From Tubiluchus corallicola (lineage: Eukaryota > Animalia > Priapulida), in assembly GCA_030141605.1 (NCBI GenBank), contig JAQGDQ010000002.1:2604001-2668000 (forward strand): DNA of 64,000 nt, read 5' to 3'. The position numbers and the translations under genes were made by a program. The first letter of the stretch is position 1. Each line of letters begins with the position of its first letter. The notes below the pieces were generated by a model that was not told the DNA's origin, did not search any database, and worked only from the letters and a program-made list of their open reading frames with translations. Below, piece after piece: positions 51,335 through 64,000 of this stretch.

Positions 51335-52501
51335 ATTAAATAACAGGCTTCCTCACTTACACAGCATTACAATCGCGTACTTCCAGCCTTTTCAGATTGC
51401 AGACCTTTCTAACGCTATGTAAAAGCACCAATATAAATTACATTTTGGTGAGCCAATCTCCGCAATTGTGTTAATGTATCTGTTATCTATTTGTAATTAT
51501 TTTTAAAACTATATCATAAAATTTGTCATTCATCTGTGTATTGCGCTCACGTGATTTTGTAAGTGTGCAAGAAACATATAAAAAAGGAAGATAATGTCCG
51601 TTTGTCCAAAGGTCTGATTGGGCCAGCGGCTATATTTTTAAATAAAGGGGCAAAATTCGAAAATAATATTTTAATATTGGTAATAAGACTGTAATGATAC
51701 TGTGATTGTATAGTTTTGTATGCATCTGTTTCATTTATATATGTAGTTTTATTTAGTTTCTAAGTGTGTTAGTTTGAATGCGTAAGCCTATTAATAATGA
51801 CTCTATTGCTTTTATCAGTTTTTATTAACGGGTTGCACATAGAAATTTTGAGGTAAATATGTTTCTGATTTTATGTTTGCATTGTATGTAACATTTTTTA
51901 GCAAAAAAGATTACTACAAATAATAAAAATAATGTTCTTTATTATAAGGAATATGAAAGTGAAAACTTATCTTTGCAGTTTTCTTGGTTACAGCTAGCTT
52001 TTGCATTTTATTTTTCTTAAAGGTTCACTGACACCCTGGTAGACATTTGCTGTCAAAATTCACTATTGATTAGTCTGATGCAAAAAAGCTGCTTTACTTT
52101 TTTTTATAAATTCGCGCGTTTCGCTTTGGTCAGCATTGAAACACTTCAAATTTAGCGCCGCACAGACATCTCGCGAAAAAGGAAATATCGGGGAAGAAAG
52201 CGGAAGTGACGTCCCGTTAGGAACGACACTGCGCATATGTGACTCTGGCGGCATTTACATGTGAGCAAAATCGAGCGATACGCCGGTAATGAAGAGACTG
52301 GGGTACTCGCATTTTGGTATTTTAGTGTTAAGCTCAAATTATAGGATTGTCCACACTTACTTGAATGCACTGTATTTTACAGATGAGAAATATATTAATA
52401 ATGAAGTACAACGTGTAAAAGTTTTAGCGTGACATCACTGGTATTTTGCGCTGGACTGCTTTCTTGTTCACACGCAATACTTTATAGCAATTTTACGCGT
52501 A

Positions 52502-53020
52502 TATCGTACTCGCGTTGAAAAGATATTTTGTTTGTTTTCATTCTATATCTCTCGCAATACTGTGCCAACCGCGCCATTACATAACGTCGTATACACACAA
52601 CGTAAATCAGGGAAGGAAAGGAAATGTTAAACTATGTCCCAAAAAACTTTCCATGCAAAGTTATATTACTTAGCATTTCGCTTACCTGCTTGAAAGACTT
52701 ATGTAACTAGAAAAGAAAATTATTAAATATTTAAAATGCTTTCGCCAATTAGCGAAATGTCGTTGACGCACCTCACGTGTGCGCTGCTCACTAACTAAAA
52801 AACGTATTTTTAATCTTATTGACAAGATACAGTAATTTAAAATTTTACTTAGTGACGTGTGCGCCGCGTATGCTCTGATAATTTTTTAAAACTTTTCTCA
52901 GTGTTATCTATACTTGTTTCAAATCGCGGGAGTTTAAATTTACATGTTTTATACAACGTTAGTATAACAAACCCTGTATGCAAAAAGGCAGTACCTAAGT
53001 TACGCTTTATGTAAGTGAAG
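52502..53020. repeat. Second copy of the dispersed repeat at 28930-29535
   Basis: Collinear similarity in the same orientation. Confidence 0.85.
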
Positions 53021-54209
53021 AGTATTCCTAAGTCAGACGCAATACTTTCTAAACGTACGTGCAAACATGTTTATCCCATTACACATTGTGTAAATAAGCC
53101 TTTACTCACGTCAAATCTAAAAAAAGACATGTCTGTCAATTACATAAGTATATGTACCAAGAAAGAAGTGCCGTTCCTCGTCAGGACTCAAATAATTTCT
53201 GTACAAGTGTCAAGACTTTTCACTCAAGTCATTGTACAAGCCATTCAAATTCTTTGATTTCCATGTCAAGATTTAAATCAGTTCTTGCAGTCAAAACTTT
53301 TCATTTCGCATTTTCTTTCATTCAAGCCTTACATATACTTTTAAGCAACTTTATTTCTGTCACGTGAGATCTCAGGCCAGTCAATTGAGTTGCTATTTCA
53401 ACTTTACATCAACCACACTTTATAAAAAGGTGCAACTGCTAGAATAGCTTAATTAGCCTACTGATTTTTTTATTCTTGAGAGGCCTTGCTTAGGTTTATC
53501 TACGGGAGGAAGAGGGTAGTGCTGGTGTGTAGAATGATTACTACTGTGAATTTAATACCATGATGTGGAAATGGCTAGAATTCCCCCCAAACCACGATTC
53601 ACGCAAATAACGACTAGTTACAGACAGCTAGCTGATGCTAGCTGTAACACCAAAAGAGTGGAGTAAGCTGATCCAATGAGGATATCTCCAATAGTAATAC
53701 TGCAATGAATCGGGTAATAAACAATAATCCGATCAAACCGGTCAACCCAACCAATGCGTGTAAAGCTGCCTTTTTTGAGAAAATTGCTTGCATTGCACTT
53801 TCTGCAAAATGATGCTACTTATCCACCTAAGCAGGCAGCCATCTTGAAACAACAGGTCGAGTTATTCAAAAATGTCTCCAAAGTGAATTATCAGAGTTGA
53901 GGAGATGTTGTGGATAAGCCTTCTAATAGTGTGACGGCAAGGTTTTCACTTCAATATAAAATCAACAAGCGGAGTATTGTGGAAATTGTTGAGAGGCTTG
54001 AGACATGACAAGAAAACTGGAAAATGATTTGTGACGTGACTTGTGAACGAATTATTAAATGAAATTAAAACAAGCGAGGAGTCTTAAAGGCAAGAACGAG
54101 TCACTCAGCATGTTGGGTTTATTTTACTGTTATCACTTAAACTTAGAAGAAATTTGCGTATAACTATCGATGACAGTTCGCTATTTTTCTTCAAGAGAAT
54201 GACGACATT

Positions 54210-54355
54210 GGAAGAAGAATGGTCATTCAAAATGGGAGCACCCAAACATGAAATGATCGCGACTTTAAAGTGATTTTACTAATTACATGAGGCGCTTATT
54301 GCATTATCATTACTAAATCCCAGCATTTTTCGCGAACATTAAAATGAGCCTGACT
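54210..54355. repeat. Dispersed repeat homologous to ~28357-28500
   Basis: agaagaatgg...ttcaaa.tgggagca...aaatgatcgcg...tactaattaca...attactaaatcc...cattttt cgcgaacatt present in both. Confidence 0.8.
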
Positions 54356-56309
54356 TTCCAGAAGACTTGGCCTTTCCTCTAACTTGAGCCTTGTCAATAA
54401 ATAAAAAAATTACAAAATATTAATGAGAAGAATTGTTGGAAGCGCCAATAGGTTGACGCTGAATAAAGTGATTTGAAAAGTAAGTTAAATTACTAGAATT
54501 TTGGCAAAAAATTGAATGAAAATAAAACTTGAAACTTTGGCAAAATGAGCTGCGTGGTGATTTGAAGGCTGAAAAATGACGATCTGACACTGGAGCGACT
54601 AAGATTTTAAAACTTGAGAACAATTTAAAAAGTGTTTCGAAGTTTAACTAACTCAAACGAAACGAATAGACACTTTACAGGAAAGTAAAAAAAAACTGAA
54701 GGTTGGCATATTTCACTGATTTTGATATTGAGTAAATGGAAATGACTAGAAATTTTACAAGATTTTTTTTAAAGAAATTGAAATAATTGTCTGAACAAAA
54801 TGAAGTCATTTTCCTTACTGTAGACTAAGCGAAAACGTGTTATGGGACTTTGAGTAGGCCGCTTTAAATGATTGATCAATTCGACAAAACACATGATAGG
54901 CTACTTCTTTATTTGGGTCATACCAGTGAATGACCTCAAACACATTAAACTACTTAACATCCACAAATCACTATAATTTGTTACAAAGACGACATTTACA
55001 TTTTTCGCTTAGCTCCAAACTCGCCTAATTTCTCATTAAAACAAGCTCATTAGTCGCCGGGTAACTCACCCATCATCGTTCGAAACGTCTCAACTTGTTT
55101 CTTTCTTGATGACTGCATTAGCTTTTTAACAGCAACATGAAGGGATATCTTGCTGCGAAGACTATGAGAATTATTATTTTCATTATTTATTGTGCTAATT
55201 GGATGTGTTGTGTTGTAATCTGTACAAGTAGTGACGAAAATAGACCTTCGCAACCAGATACACAAAGTGGACCAACTTCCACACGACTTGGAATACGGGA
55301 ATAAAAAAAGTCAACCAAAACGGGGTGTAAAGTTGTTTAATATAGCGCTGCATAGATATATGTAGTATAGGATCCGGGCCCAACTGACCACCGGTGAAGC
55401 TTTTGCATTTTAAAGATTTACAGGATCGTGTTAGTTTAGCCATTGCAATTGTGAATGTTGTGCTATAAGTAACAAAAACACTTTATGGACCGTATGGTGA
55501 CAACTGTAGAATTGTTTACGTGCAATCTCAGCATCCAAGTATATTCAGAGCCAATTATATTTGATTCTGAAAAGCCAGTCTGGAGGTAAACAGCTACCCC
55601 ATTTGCTTGTATTCGCTCAATTTTAATAATTTTTACATTGTGTTGAGTGGCTACATACTTGCTGGGTTTCAGAATTTTATCAGGACACTTCACCATAATA
55701 TACTGTCTTCAGGTGGTACTTAAAAATACAAAACCGCTAAATACTGTTGTTTTAAAATTTTTAGGCCCTATAATTTATAACACAAATTTAATAGCGAATT
55801 ATGCAGTAACGCAGTGCATAAGCAAAACAACTCTACAAAAACGTGCGACGATAAGTGTAGTTAATTTTTTTCGAAAGATATCGGGCTAATACTTATAGTT
55901 CTCATGTTAAAGGGCTTGTAAAAAAAGAAGTAACGCATCAGCACTGCAAGCCTTCATGTTCTTTTTTGTTCAGTAAATAAGTAGTAATAATTGATTTTTT
56001 TTGTTTAATGCAGTGTGGTGCTGTTCAAGACAAAATTACGTCAGCTCAACCAACAACTTAATGCAATTTTCCTTCAGTCTCCAGCTAGCAACGAAAGTTG
56101 AAAAGACAAGTTTTACCTAATTTCAAATGGATGACGTTACTGCTCCGACAATATGCGATTTAAATGAAAATTTAACTGTAATTGACGAAATTTGTAGTTC
56201 AGTATTTATATAAATACTTACTTTTATTAAAAACGGCTGCATTTTTAGCTACTGAATGAATATGTAGAAGCGTGGAGCTCCTGTTTAATTAACTGTATTC
56301 GATAAAAAG

Positions 56310-56625
56310 AAAATAACAAATTAGACTGAATAGGCCTATGTGAAAAGAAGAACAAATTTTGTAAAAGAAACAAATCAGACTGTATGGACCTATGTGAAAA
56401 GAAGAAAAATTTTAGTAACAGTAACAAATCAAATTGTATAGAGTTATGTGAAAAGAAGAAAATGTTTTAGTAACAGTAACAAATCAAATTGTATAGACCT
56501 ATGTGAAAAGAAGTACATGCATTTAGTACCAGTCATAAATCAGATAGTATAGATCTACGTGAAAAGAAGAAAATATTTTGTAATTGTAACAAATCAGATT
56601 TTATAGACATATGTGAAAACAAGTA
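56310..56625. repeat. ~55-60-bp minisatellite, ~6 copies
   Basis: aacaaatcaga.tgtataga.ctatgtgaaaagaag repeated. Confidence 0.9.
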
Positions 56626-57659
56626 ACAGTTTTAGAATGAAAGACTGACATTTTTAGTTGACCGTTTTGTTTCGAATTTACCATTTTTCAACCTTCTCTA
56701 TCAGTCGGTTAGTCAACTTTTGCTGGACCTTTTTTGGTCAACCATATGCACCAATGTTTGAGGGTGGTTCAATTACCAACACCGAATAAAACGCACATTA
56801 AACATCTCTGGATAATAATTAACTATCAGGAACTTTTTGCTATGTCCGATTATGCAATTATGCAGACATTAACACAATCGAGTTTACTCGATTTTATTTT
56901 GACTGCTCAACACATGATAGGAGAGTGGGTTGAATAAACACGACAGATGTTCGCTATATAATTACAGGTTGCTCAGTTAATTACATGTTGGTTTTGTCAG
57001 GTGAACCGATTTTAATGGTATTCGTTTACTCTGTTTTCATTTAAATTTAGAAACATTTACCTCTGATATGTAAAATTTGCTGAATAGCCGTGAATTGGTC
57101 GCTCAGGCCTGATAATTTATATGCGTCCAGTACTCACTCTATTAGCAACACCTTAGTTGACCTACTCGGTCATTATTTGAAACACATGGAGCTTCATTCC
57201 TGAGCACAAATATCCAATTTTTGAACAGAAAATCTATCTATGTTAGCAATAATAACTCAAATGATATTACTATCGAGTTATATAAAGCATTTGAAATAAT
57301 AGGCATCAATAGAAAATAATTATTTCTTAAAGTTTTTTTATAAATATGTTGTTACAGTGTTGCTTCATTTTTTATTAAGAATTTACAGTTCGATTTTCCT
57401 GTTAAAACAATAATAACATTAATTTTTGTGAGGTCTAAAAACACAAAACATGTGCGCCTGTAATCGTGGTACTTAACACTTTACGTGAACTGTGACTTTA
57501 TATTATAACATGTGTTTGTTTAGCCATTTTTGGACGAGATCTCGATCCAAACGCTATTCTTTCGTATGCTGCTTTTTGGGGATGACTTTTTTGAAAAAAA
57601 ACCTAAGGCTCCGTGAATTTGCAATCGATCGTAACGAAAATCCTCACAAATACTCTAGG

Positions 57660-58012
57660 GTAAATTCCGCATCTACCGACTGTGTTGCATTTTTGGTCCA
57701 CCATATTCAATTCAAGATGACGGCGATAAAATTATTGCTCAAAAAACTAGGGCTCAGCCAATTCGCAGCAGATCGTCATTAAACTTTATAAGAAATATAT
57801 TAGGGAGAATTCTGGGTCGACTAACGGAGTCGATTTTTGATTCGCCATTTTGAATTTAAGATAGCGGCGATAACCTTATTTTCAAAAAAGCTAAGGCCCT
57901 GCCAATTCGCAAAGGATCGCCAAGAAACTTTGCAGAAATTTATTACAACGAATTCTGTATTGACTGACTGAGTCGATTTTTCGATTTGTCATTCTGAATT
58001 AAAGATGGCGTC
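57660..58012. repeat. Diverged 144-bp tandem repeat (~2.5 copies), possibly transposon-associated satellite
   Basis: aagat motif at 57714, 57858 and 58002, with shared gccaattcgca...gatcg...aaacttt...gaattctg...gagtcgattttt. Confidence 0.8.
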
Positions 58013-59091
58013 ACCGAAGTCATTTTCTAATCCGCGATCTTCAGTTCAGCGAGTCTCCGACCAGTAGTTGGAGTCGAACTTGTTCATTGTAGAAGAATAA
58101 TATTTTATTTGTTTTTACAGCACCAAGTAAAATTTTATTGGTTTTTACAACAGCAAGCATTCGCACATGTAGGCGGGATTACAACGCACGAGTAGCATTG
58201 ATCATGTTTAACCAATCACTGTCATTATCAAATCCTTAATTAGGATATAAAAAATGACAGTTTTATTATTTATACGAAACTTTTTATTAACAAGAACAGA
58301 TGAAGAAAGAACAAATTTAAGAATCTGTATAGTACTAGTCAAGCCTATATTCTAATACGTCGGTCCTAAACAAAGACCACAAAAGATATCGTAATATCTC
58401 GCAAAGAGCTGTGTATACTTACAGTATAATAAATGTTTAGTGAATTGCCAGTACTTAAAAACACAATTTTTTACACTTATTGGATAAATTGACATAAAGG
58501 ACATTAGTGAATAAATGAAAACCAAGAAGTAACTATAATCCTAGCAAAAAATTTTACTTCGCAAATGTATGTCTTTAGTTTCACAATAGATTGCATTTCC
58601 AGAAAACAAATTTGAGTCTCGCTGCAAACCGAAAGGCTTGTAACATGATATTTTTGTCATTTACTAAAAAAATAAATAAGAAAATCACTAAAACACAAAC
58701 GTAAATAAATAAATTAATTAATTAGCTATGGGATCTGCTTCATATTGTGCATCTTCATGATGTTGTCCATAATGATCATCACGTAATTAATAATTAATTA
58801 ATTACTAAAACACGAGCAAAAATACAGCAAACAAGCGACTTTAGGGGAAGGAAAGCTGAAACAAGTACATAAAGTGCCTTAATACTTTTTTAATTTTGTT
58901 TTAAACAACAAAACGTTGTAAACTATTATCAAACAAAACATTAATACAGAGCCGTATAATATTATTTTTCAGCTCCGCTAATAAATTTGATTTTTTTCAA
59001 CGGCCTTAGTATGCGCACACACATATCTCAACAAAGATGTCACACGACTATAACAATATTTAATTAAGATCAAAACAACGATGGCGACAAA

Positions 59092-60303
59092 CTATGGCCT
59101 TGACGAGCGCCGAAACATAGCATAGGGTTTGTATGAGACTGGTCGCGCTGCACGCTCCATTTGCGACAGAGGTAACCGAGGAGGAATTTCTCTTCTCAAT
59201 TCACGAGCATCTGGGTTCCTGTAATATGGCATTCTTTCATCTTCGTCGTACCTTTTCCTTTGCGAACCATATTTTTCCTGCAAGTATCTGGAAACGTACG
59301 CATGTGGATTATACTGCTGTTTACTAACTGGTGACCTGGTAGGTTCATGTGGCTGTGGAACGGAGTCGTACGTTGACGGTGATGGTTCGGTAACTGGCCA
59401 GTGACGGCCCAAGTACTTCGGAGCTATATCGACGTACTTGTGTGAGCGTCTTGGTGGCTTGGCGAAGTCATAGCCGCGCTGGTAAGCCATACTTGGGCTG
59501 CGGGTTTGGTCGGACCGCCCCCTCCTCTCTATGTAGCCTCTGACGGGGGGTTCCCGATGCTTTAGTTCAGAATAGCCTTCTCTGTATCTGTGGCTGGTAC
59601 TAGATGGTGACCTGTACTTTTCATGTGGCTTTCGAAAATCTCTTTTTGGCATCTCATAGAGCTCATATAATTTCGATTGTGGCCGGTATTCCCTACGTGA
59701 CGGTACGACTTTGAAATCTCTTTCTTTGTCATCACGTTCCTCTTCTTTCGCATACATTTTTTCTGATGCAAAGTTGGACTTCGCTGAATTGTCGGTATCT
59801 AAGTCAGCGTCTTTTGCAGCGTCCTCTGTTTTGCTGCTGACCAAAGCTCTTGCTGGATACACATTGTACGGGGATTTGTAGCCTAGATTGTAACTATCTC
59901 GTGGATGAATTCTTTCATAACCTGGATCACCATAGCTGGGTTTATACTTACCATATGAAGCATGAGGAGCACTATAGCCATCGTTGCTTTCATAGCCCTT
60001 ATCATGATTGTTCTCATAAAGAGCATCGATATTTGGCAGCTCGAATCCGTGCTTTTTCAAACTAGCTATGGGATCTGCTTCATATTGTGCCTCTTCGTGA
60101 TGCTGTCCATAATGATCATCACGTTTGTAGTCACCTTTGCCATCAAAATATCCCTTGTCATCGTGTTTCCTTTTTCCGCCATTATCTACATAAATCTGAT
60201 TTCCTCCCTTATCTAAGTAGAAGTTCTTATAAAAATACTTTCCTTCGCCTTTCGAGTACCTAAAGGTTCCGTGACCCAGGCTGTGGACTATCTTCCCGTT
60301 GTC
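59092..60303 (-). CDS. Secreted G/Y/K/H-domain paralogue, terminal coding exon with a long Pro/Arg/Tyr/Ser-rich tail
   Basis: gttgcag acceptor (phase 0); ~403-codon open frame; N-terminal GHGTFRYSKGEGKYFYKNFYLDKGG..YVDNG..HDDKGYFDGKG aligns with cassettes A-C. Confidence 0.85.
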   Translation of the reverse strand, partial: DNGKIVHSLGHGTFRYSKGEGKYFYKNFYLDKGGNQIYVDNGGKRKHDDKGYFDGKGDYKRDDHYGQHHEEAQYEADPIASLKKHGFELPNIDALYENNHDKGYESNDGYSAPHASYGKYKPSYGDPGYERIHPRDSYNLGYKSPYNVYPARALVSSKTEDAAKDADLDTDNSAKSNFASEKMYAKEEERDDKERDFKVVPSRREYRPQSKLYELYEMPKRDFRKPHEKYRSPSSTSHRYREGYSELKHREPPVRGYIERRGRSDQTRSPSMAYQRGYDFAKPPRRSHKYVDIAPKYLGRHWPVTEPSPSTYDSVPQPHEPTRSPVSKQQYNPHAYVSRYLQEKYGSQRKRYDEDERMPYYRNPDARELRREIPPRLPLSQMERAARPVSYKPYAMFRRSSRP

Positions 60304-60954
60304 CTGCAACGATTTAATTTAAAAAACATTAACGTTAATAGAGCTATCATATACATGAGTATCGTACACCATTTAGTTTGAAATCTAAACCTTGCAGCCC
60401 GGACGTACCCAACTACAACAAGGCCATTCAGCTAATACTGTTTAGTTTCTCAGTTAACGTACAGTTGCAACAGATATTGCTTTTAAAGGATTTCAGTAGA
60501 TTTTTACTTTTTGATAGGCGCTTATATGCAGGTAATTTAGCCTCTGAGTGTTCCCCCACATCATTTATTTGATGATTTTTTGTGTAAACATTTGTTTTCA
60601 TTATTGTCAATGTGTGATGTGTAATAAAATAAAATAAAACATACAATTTTTGGATTCAAAGTTTTAGCTTAACCAGTCTTATTACTGAAAAACTGTAGAC
60701 CCAATCTTGTACGAACATATAAAATATCATCTAAAAATATTTAAAAAGAAAACTGTTTTTGGGAGCTGCGTGAATATTTATATAACAAAAAATGAATGAT
60801 TGGCAATCTCAGCGACTGCAAAATCCTTTTCGGTGTTTGTGCTACCCTAACTGCACACTACATTGTCCTTTACTATTATTTTACCATAGCATTGTAAATC
60901 GACGTCATTCTTCACAAACAATTTAATACCCAACTTTTTCAATACTTTTCATTA

Positions 60955-61045
60955 TTTCATCATTATCATACTACTCATCACCACCACCACCACCACCACC
61001 ACCACCACCACCACCACCACCACCACCACAATCATCATCATCATT
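60955..61045. repeat. (CAT)n/(CAC)n microsatellite, intronic
   Basis: Directly visible. Confidence 0.9.
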
Positions 61046-61793
61046 TAACAGCCCAATAAAATTAGGACTGCCAATAAATGACCCAACTGAACTGACAAAT
61101 GCAATGTTATAAGAAAAACGCTGTTATCGTTTTTCTCCGCCTGGTTGCTCTGGGGCTGGCAGCTATTCGTAAGCTGAAAGTCGCGGGATTCACTAAATCA
61201 TGTGATTCTCAAAAGTATTTAACTAATTTGTTAGTACATAAATGCTTTGAACATGAACTGGTATAACTACCTAACTGGAAAAAACCTTAAAAAGGGAAAG
61301 GCATAAATTGGGCAACTTAAAGAAGCAAGAAAAATTTAACTAATCTAACAAAGAAATCATTGAGCCCGAGTACGTTTAATTTGTGTCAGTAGCCGCCCTT
61401 TATGAGTTAACTTGGTTTCAACACCTTTGAAAATTGCTCAAGTTGGTTAAAATAGAATTGGTCAAAGAAAAATACAGTAGCATATTGTTCAGATGGTAAT
61501 TCCTTTCTTTACAATTTATTCGCTTTATTCAAGCTAATGCTGCTTTTCCGCATCTAATGGTACGAGATTACGAGCGAAAATTGAAAACAGGACTAAACTG
61601 CTTTAAGTCAACAACATTCTTCGTAGTCCTTAAATAGTTAGAAAATTATGCACTTCTTGAAACTCTAGAGGCCATCTAATGCCAGGGTTGCCATCGTATC
61701 CTAGTCTCTTTTTAACCACAAGAGATTTTTAGTCGAAAGTAAACTACTTTACAGTTTTTAATTTGAATTTCTAGTAAATATATCCACCCATAC

Positions 61794-61949
61794 CTTGACG
61801 TGTCCTTTCCCTCCATTGTCAATTTCTGCTCCTTTCTCGTCATATTTGTGTTTAGTATCGTAGTATCCCTTCTCATCTTTGTGTGCTTCTTCTCCCCAAT
61901 CCTTGGCTTCATGATCACCTTCCGCTACACAGCTTGCAAACAAGGACAA
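61794..61949 (-). CDS. Secreted G/Y/K/H-domain paralogue, internal exon (LSLFASCVAEGDHEAKDW...DNGGKGHVK)
   Basis: gttttgcag acceptor and aag|gtatgg donor; 156 nt, phase 0-0; starts with the end of a signal peptide. The ATG exon was not located. Confidence 0.8.
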
Positions 61950-62259
61950 CTGCAAAACAACTGACGTGTGAAATGTCTGTCAACTGCAGTTCTCTAAGCG
62001 ATACTTTGTAAGTCTAACTGAAAGCAGTTCTAAAAGGCGACTGTCTTGGATTTATAATTAAGTTCCAGAGATACGGTAAACCTGTGTAACCAGTTTATAG
62101 CATTTTCTATCATGAAATGCGTTTTTTAATAAATTTAAGCTGTTCGCTTGTTTGTTCATGAAAATCTATAAATTGTCCCACTCACTCATAGCCAAAGTTG
62201 CAAGGTTTACCTGTTTTGTTTTATCAGTTAAAAAATTAAGATATCAATATTAATTTGGG

Positions 62260-62552
62260 CGTAGGCATACAGACCGATTTTTTCAGGGAGGGCTGAGCCA
62301 CTTGCCGGAAAAATACAGCGCCAACCTGAAAAAAGTCCCGAGTCTCCAATTGCCTCACCCCACTCCATGATAAAAAATGCCCGGATTCGGACACTTCATT
62401 TGGCGGCATGGAGAAATTTTGTGATTTCCTTTTATGAAAAATATTTTTTTTATTTTTTTCATCATTTTGCCTGTGCCCGAAAAATTTGGTGATTACCCAA
62501 ATCCCGGGGGCTGCAGCCTCCCCCCTCAGCAACCCTGGTTAGTACGTCTATG
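62260..62552. mobile_element. hAT-type MITE (293 bp)
   Basis: Perfect 8-bp TSD AATTTGGG (62252-62259 and 62553-62560); imperfect TIR CGTAGGCATAC / GTACGTCTATG; GC-richer than its flanks. Confidence 0.8.
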
Positions 62553-63910
62553 AATTTGGGAAGCAAACTATGCGCAGTATGCTTCAGTATGGCATGCACA
62601 ATGTATTTCTTGCGTAAGTTAGTAATTCTGCCTCGTAGGCTTTAAGTGTGCAAATTTGTTGTTATTTACGATCTACATAAAATTGTGAATTTCGGAAAAG
62701 AACTAAAAAGTATTGCTTACTAAATTTAAAATGTCGTAATAACTAGAGTGATCACACTAATTGACTTATTTCTTTAATTTTTTATTGCATATAATAAAAA
62801 TTTATTGTTAGCGTAATCAGGTGGCGTTTTCAAACCATTGTAGATACGAAAAAATTACGTAAGCCACGGTAAAACATTTTCACACTAAATTTAGTGCTGA
62901 TGCCGCAGTTTATTAGTGATGTATTGAAAAGTTTTTTTAAAAAGCTACTATTGCAACTTCTAATGCAATTCCGTTTTAGGTAACCAAAAAACAAGAAGGT
63001 AAAACTTCGTTATTGTGTTTCGTACAAGTTTCTACATGATTTTATAAGCTCAGTGACAAGTTTTTGGATGACAACTTGAATTTTATCTATAATAGCGTAA
63101 TAGTAACACTGAACACATAGAACTATTATTACATTTAGGAAATTTAATATAACTGAGTTACATAAACATAAATGGCATAGATCTCATGTTATAGTATTAA
63201 TAACTTAACTAAATCGTTTCGTTTGATATACAGATCGCCGAAAAAGGGCTGTGGCCTCGGAAATTTCATATAACGCCATAGACCAGCGAAATCAATATGT
63301 AGATGCTGTTTTTGTTTCTTCGCTAAACATCAACAAAACAGATAGGCGTAAGTAAGGTAACACGAAATGTGGATAAATAGTTACATTTTGTCATTTATAC
63401 ATTACTCATTAATTAGGATACTTAGTGGTGCACATTCAGTAGGCTATTCAGTAACATTTAAGCCAGTGGCTAAGCCGTGCTTTGTTGACGCATCCGCAGT
63501 CGTGGACTCGTGCGTGTTCCGGGCTCCCTTTGGGTTAGTTCCACGGCCCGATTAAACACATAAAAATTGTATCATTGATTCCTCAACCGTAATTTGCTGT
63601 CTTAATTAAGCCGACCTGTGCAAAATTTTTCATGATCACGGTTCTTGACGAAATTCAAATGCGCTCTTTTAATTTTTGTCGTATTTTCCTCCGAAACGTT
63701 TTACAATTACATATCCTAGATTTTTTACCTAAACCGTTTGTTGAAGGTCCACAGTTCCCAAACACAAAAGACTTTGTCCAAACAGTTTAAAAAGTAATAT
63801 TTATTTAATGAAGATTTGTGTTAATCCGACAGGTAAATAATATAATGGATTGTTTAAACATTGTGTGACACACAAGTACAGTACTTGCACCACTTATATT
63901 TTACTAATCA

Positions 63911-64000
63911 TCCCTCTGTCTCTCTCTCCCCCTCTCTCTCTTTCTCTCTCTACACCTATCTCTCTAGCGCGCTCCCCTTCTCTCTCTATCTGCATCTCTA
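63911..64000. repeat. Imperfect (CT)n tract
   Basis: Directly visible. Confidence 0.85.

Noticed and set aside
63225-63285. Candidate ATG exon for the minus-strand paralogue
   Set aside because: The peptide (MALYEISEATALFRRS) is not signal-like and the donor is weak; the true first exon is unidentified or outside the window.

Overview
AT-rich eukaryotic (invertebrate, probably lophotrochozoan/mollusc-like; inference) genomic DNA with spliceosomal introns. From left to right: (1) the last three coding exons of ARV1; (2) nested mobile elements (a solo LTR inside a foldback element) and Penelope-like hammerhead remnants; (3) a CRE/TATA/Inr promoter driving a short intronless IER/SERTA-like ORF; (4) a ~12 kb non-coding array of ~30 diverged ~250-bp units, each bounded by an acceptor-like TTACACTTACAG and a non-canonical donor-like CAG|GCCAGT, including a recent 2-kb x2.5 higher-order duplication; (5) a two-exon PRORSD1 (ProX/PrdX deacylase); (6) a secreted Gly/Tyr/His/Lys-rich gene whose single promoter, signal-peptide exon and Gly-rich exon are followed by three tandem, paralogous two-exon terminal cassettes (151-nt exon + terminal exon), apparently one gene yielding a family of structural proteins; (7) a divergently transcribed intronless class A GPCR and LRR-transmembrane gene; (8) a minus-strand paralogue carrying the same G/Y/K/H domain. 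All calls come from manual reading and recalled family motifs; no database search or folding program was run.
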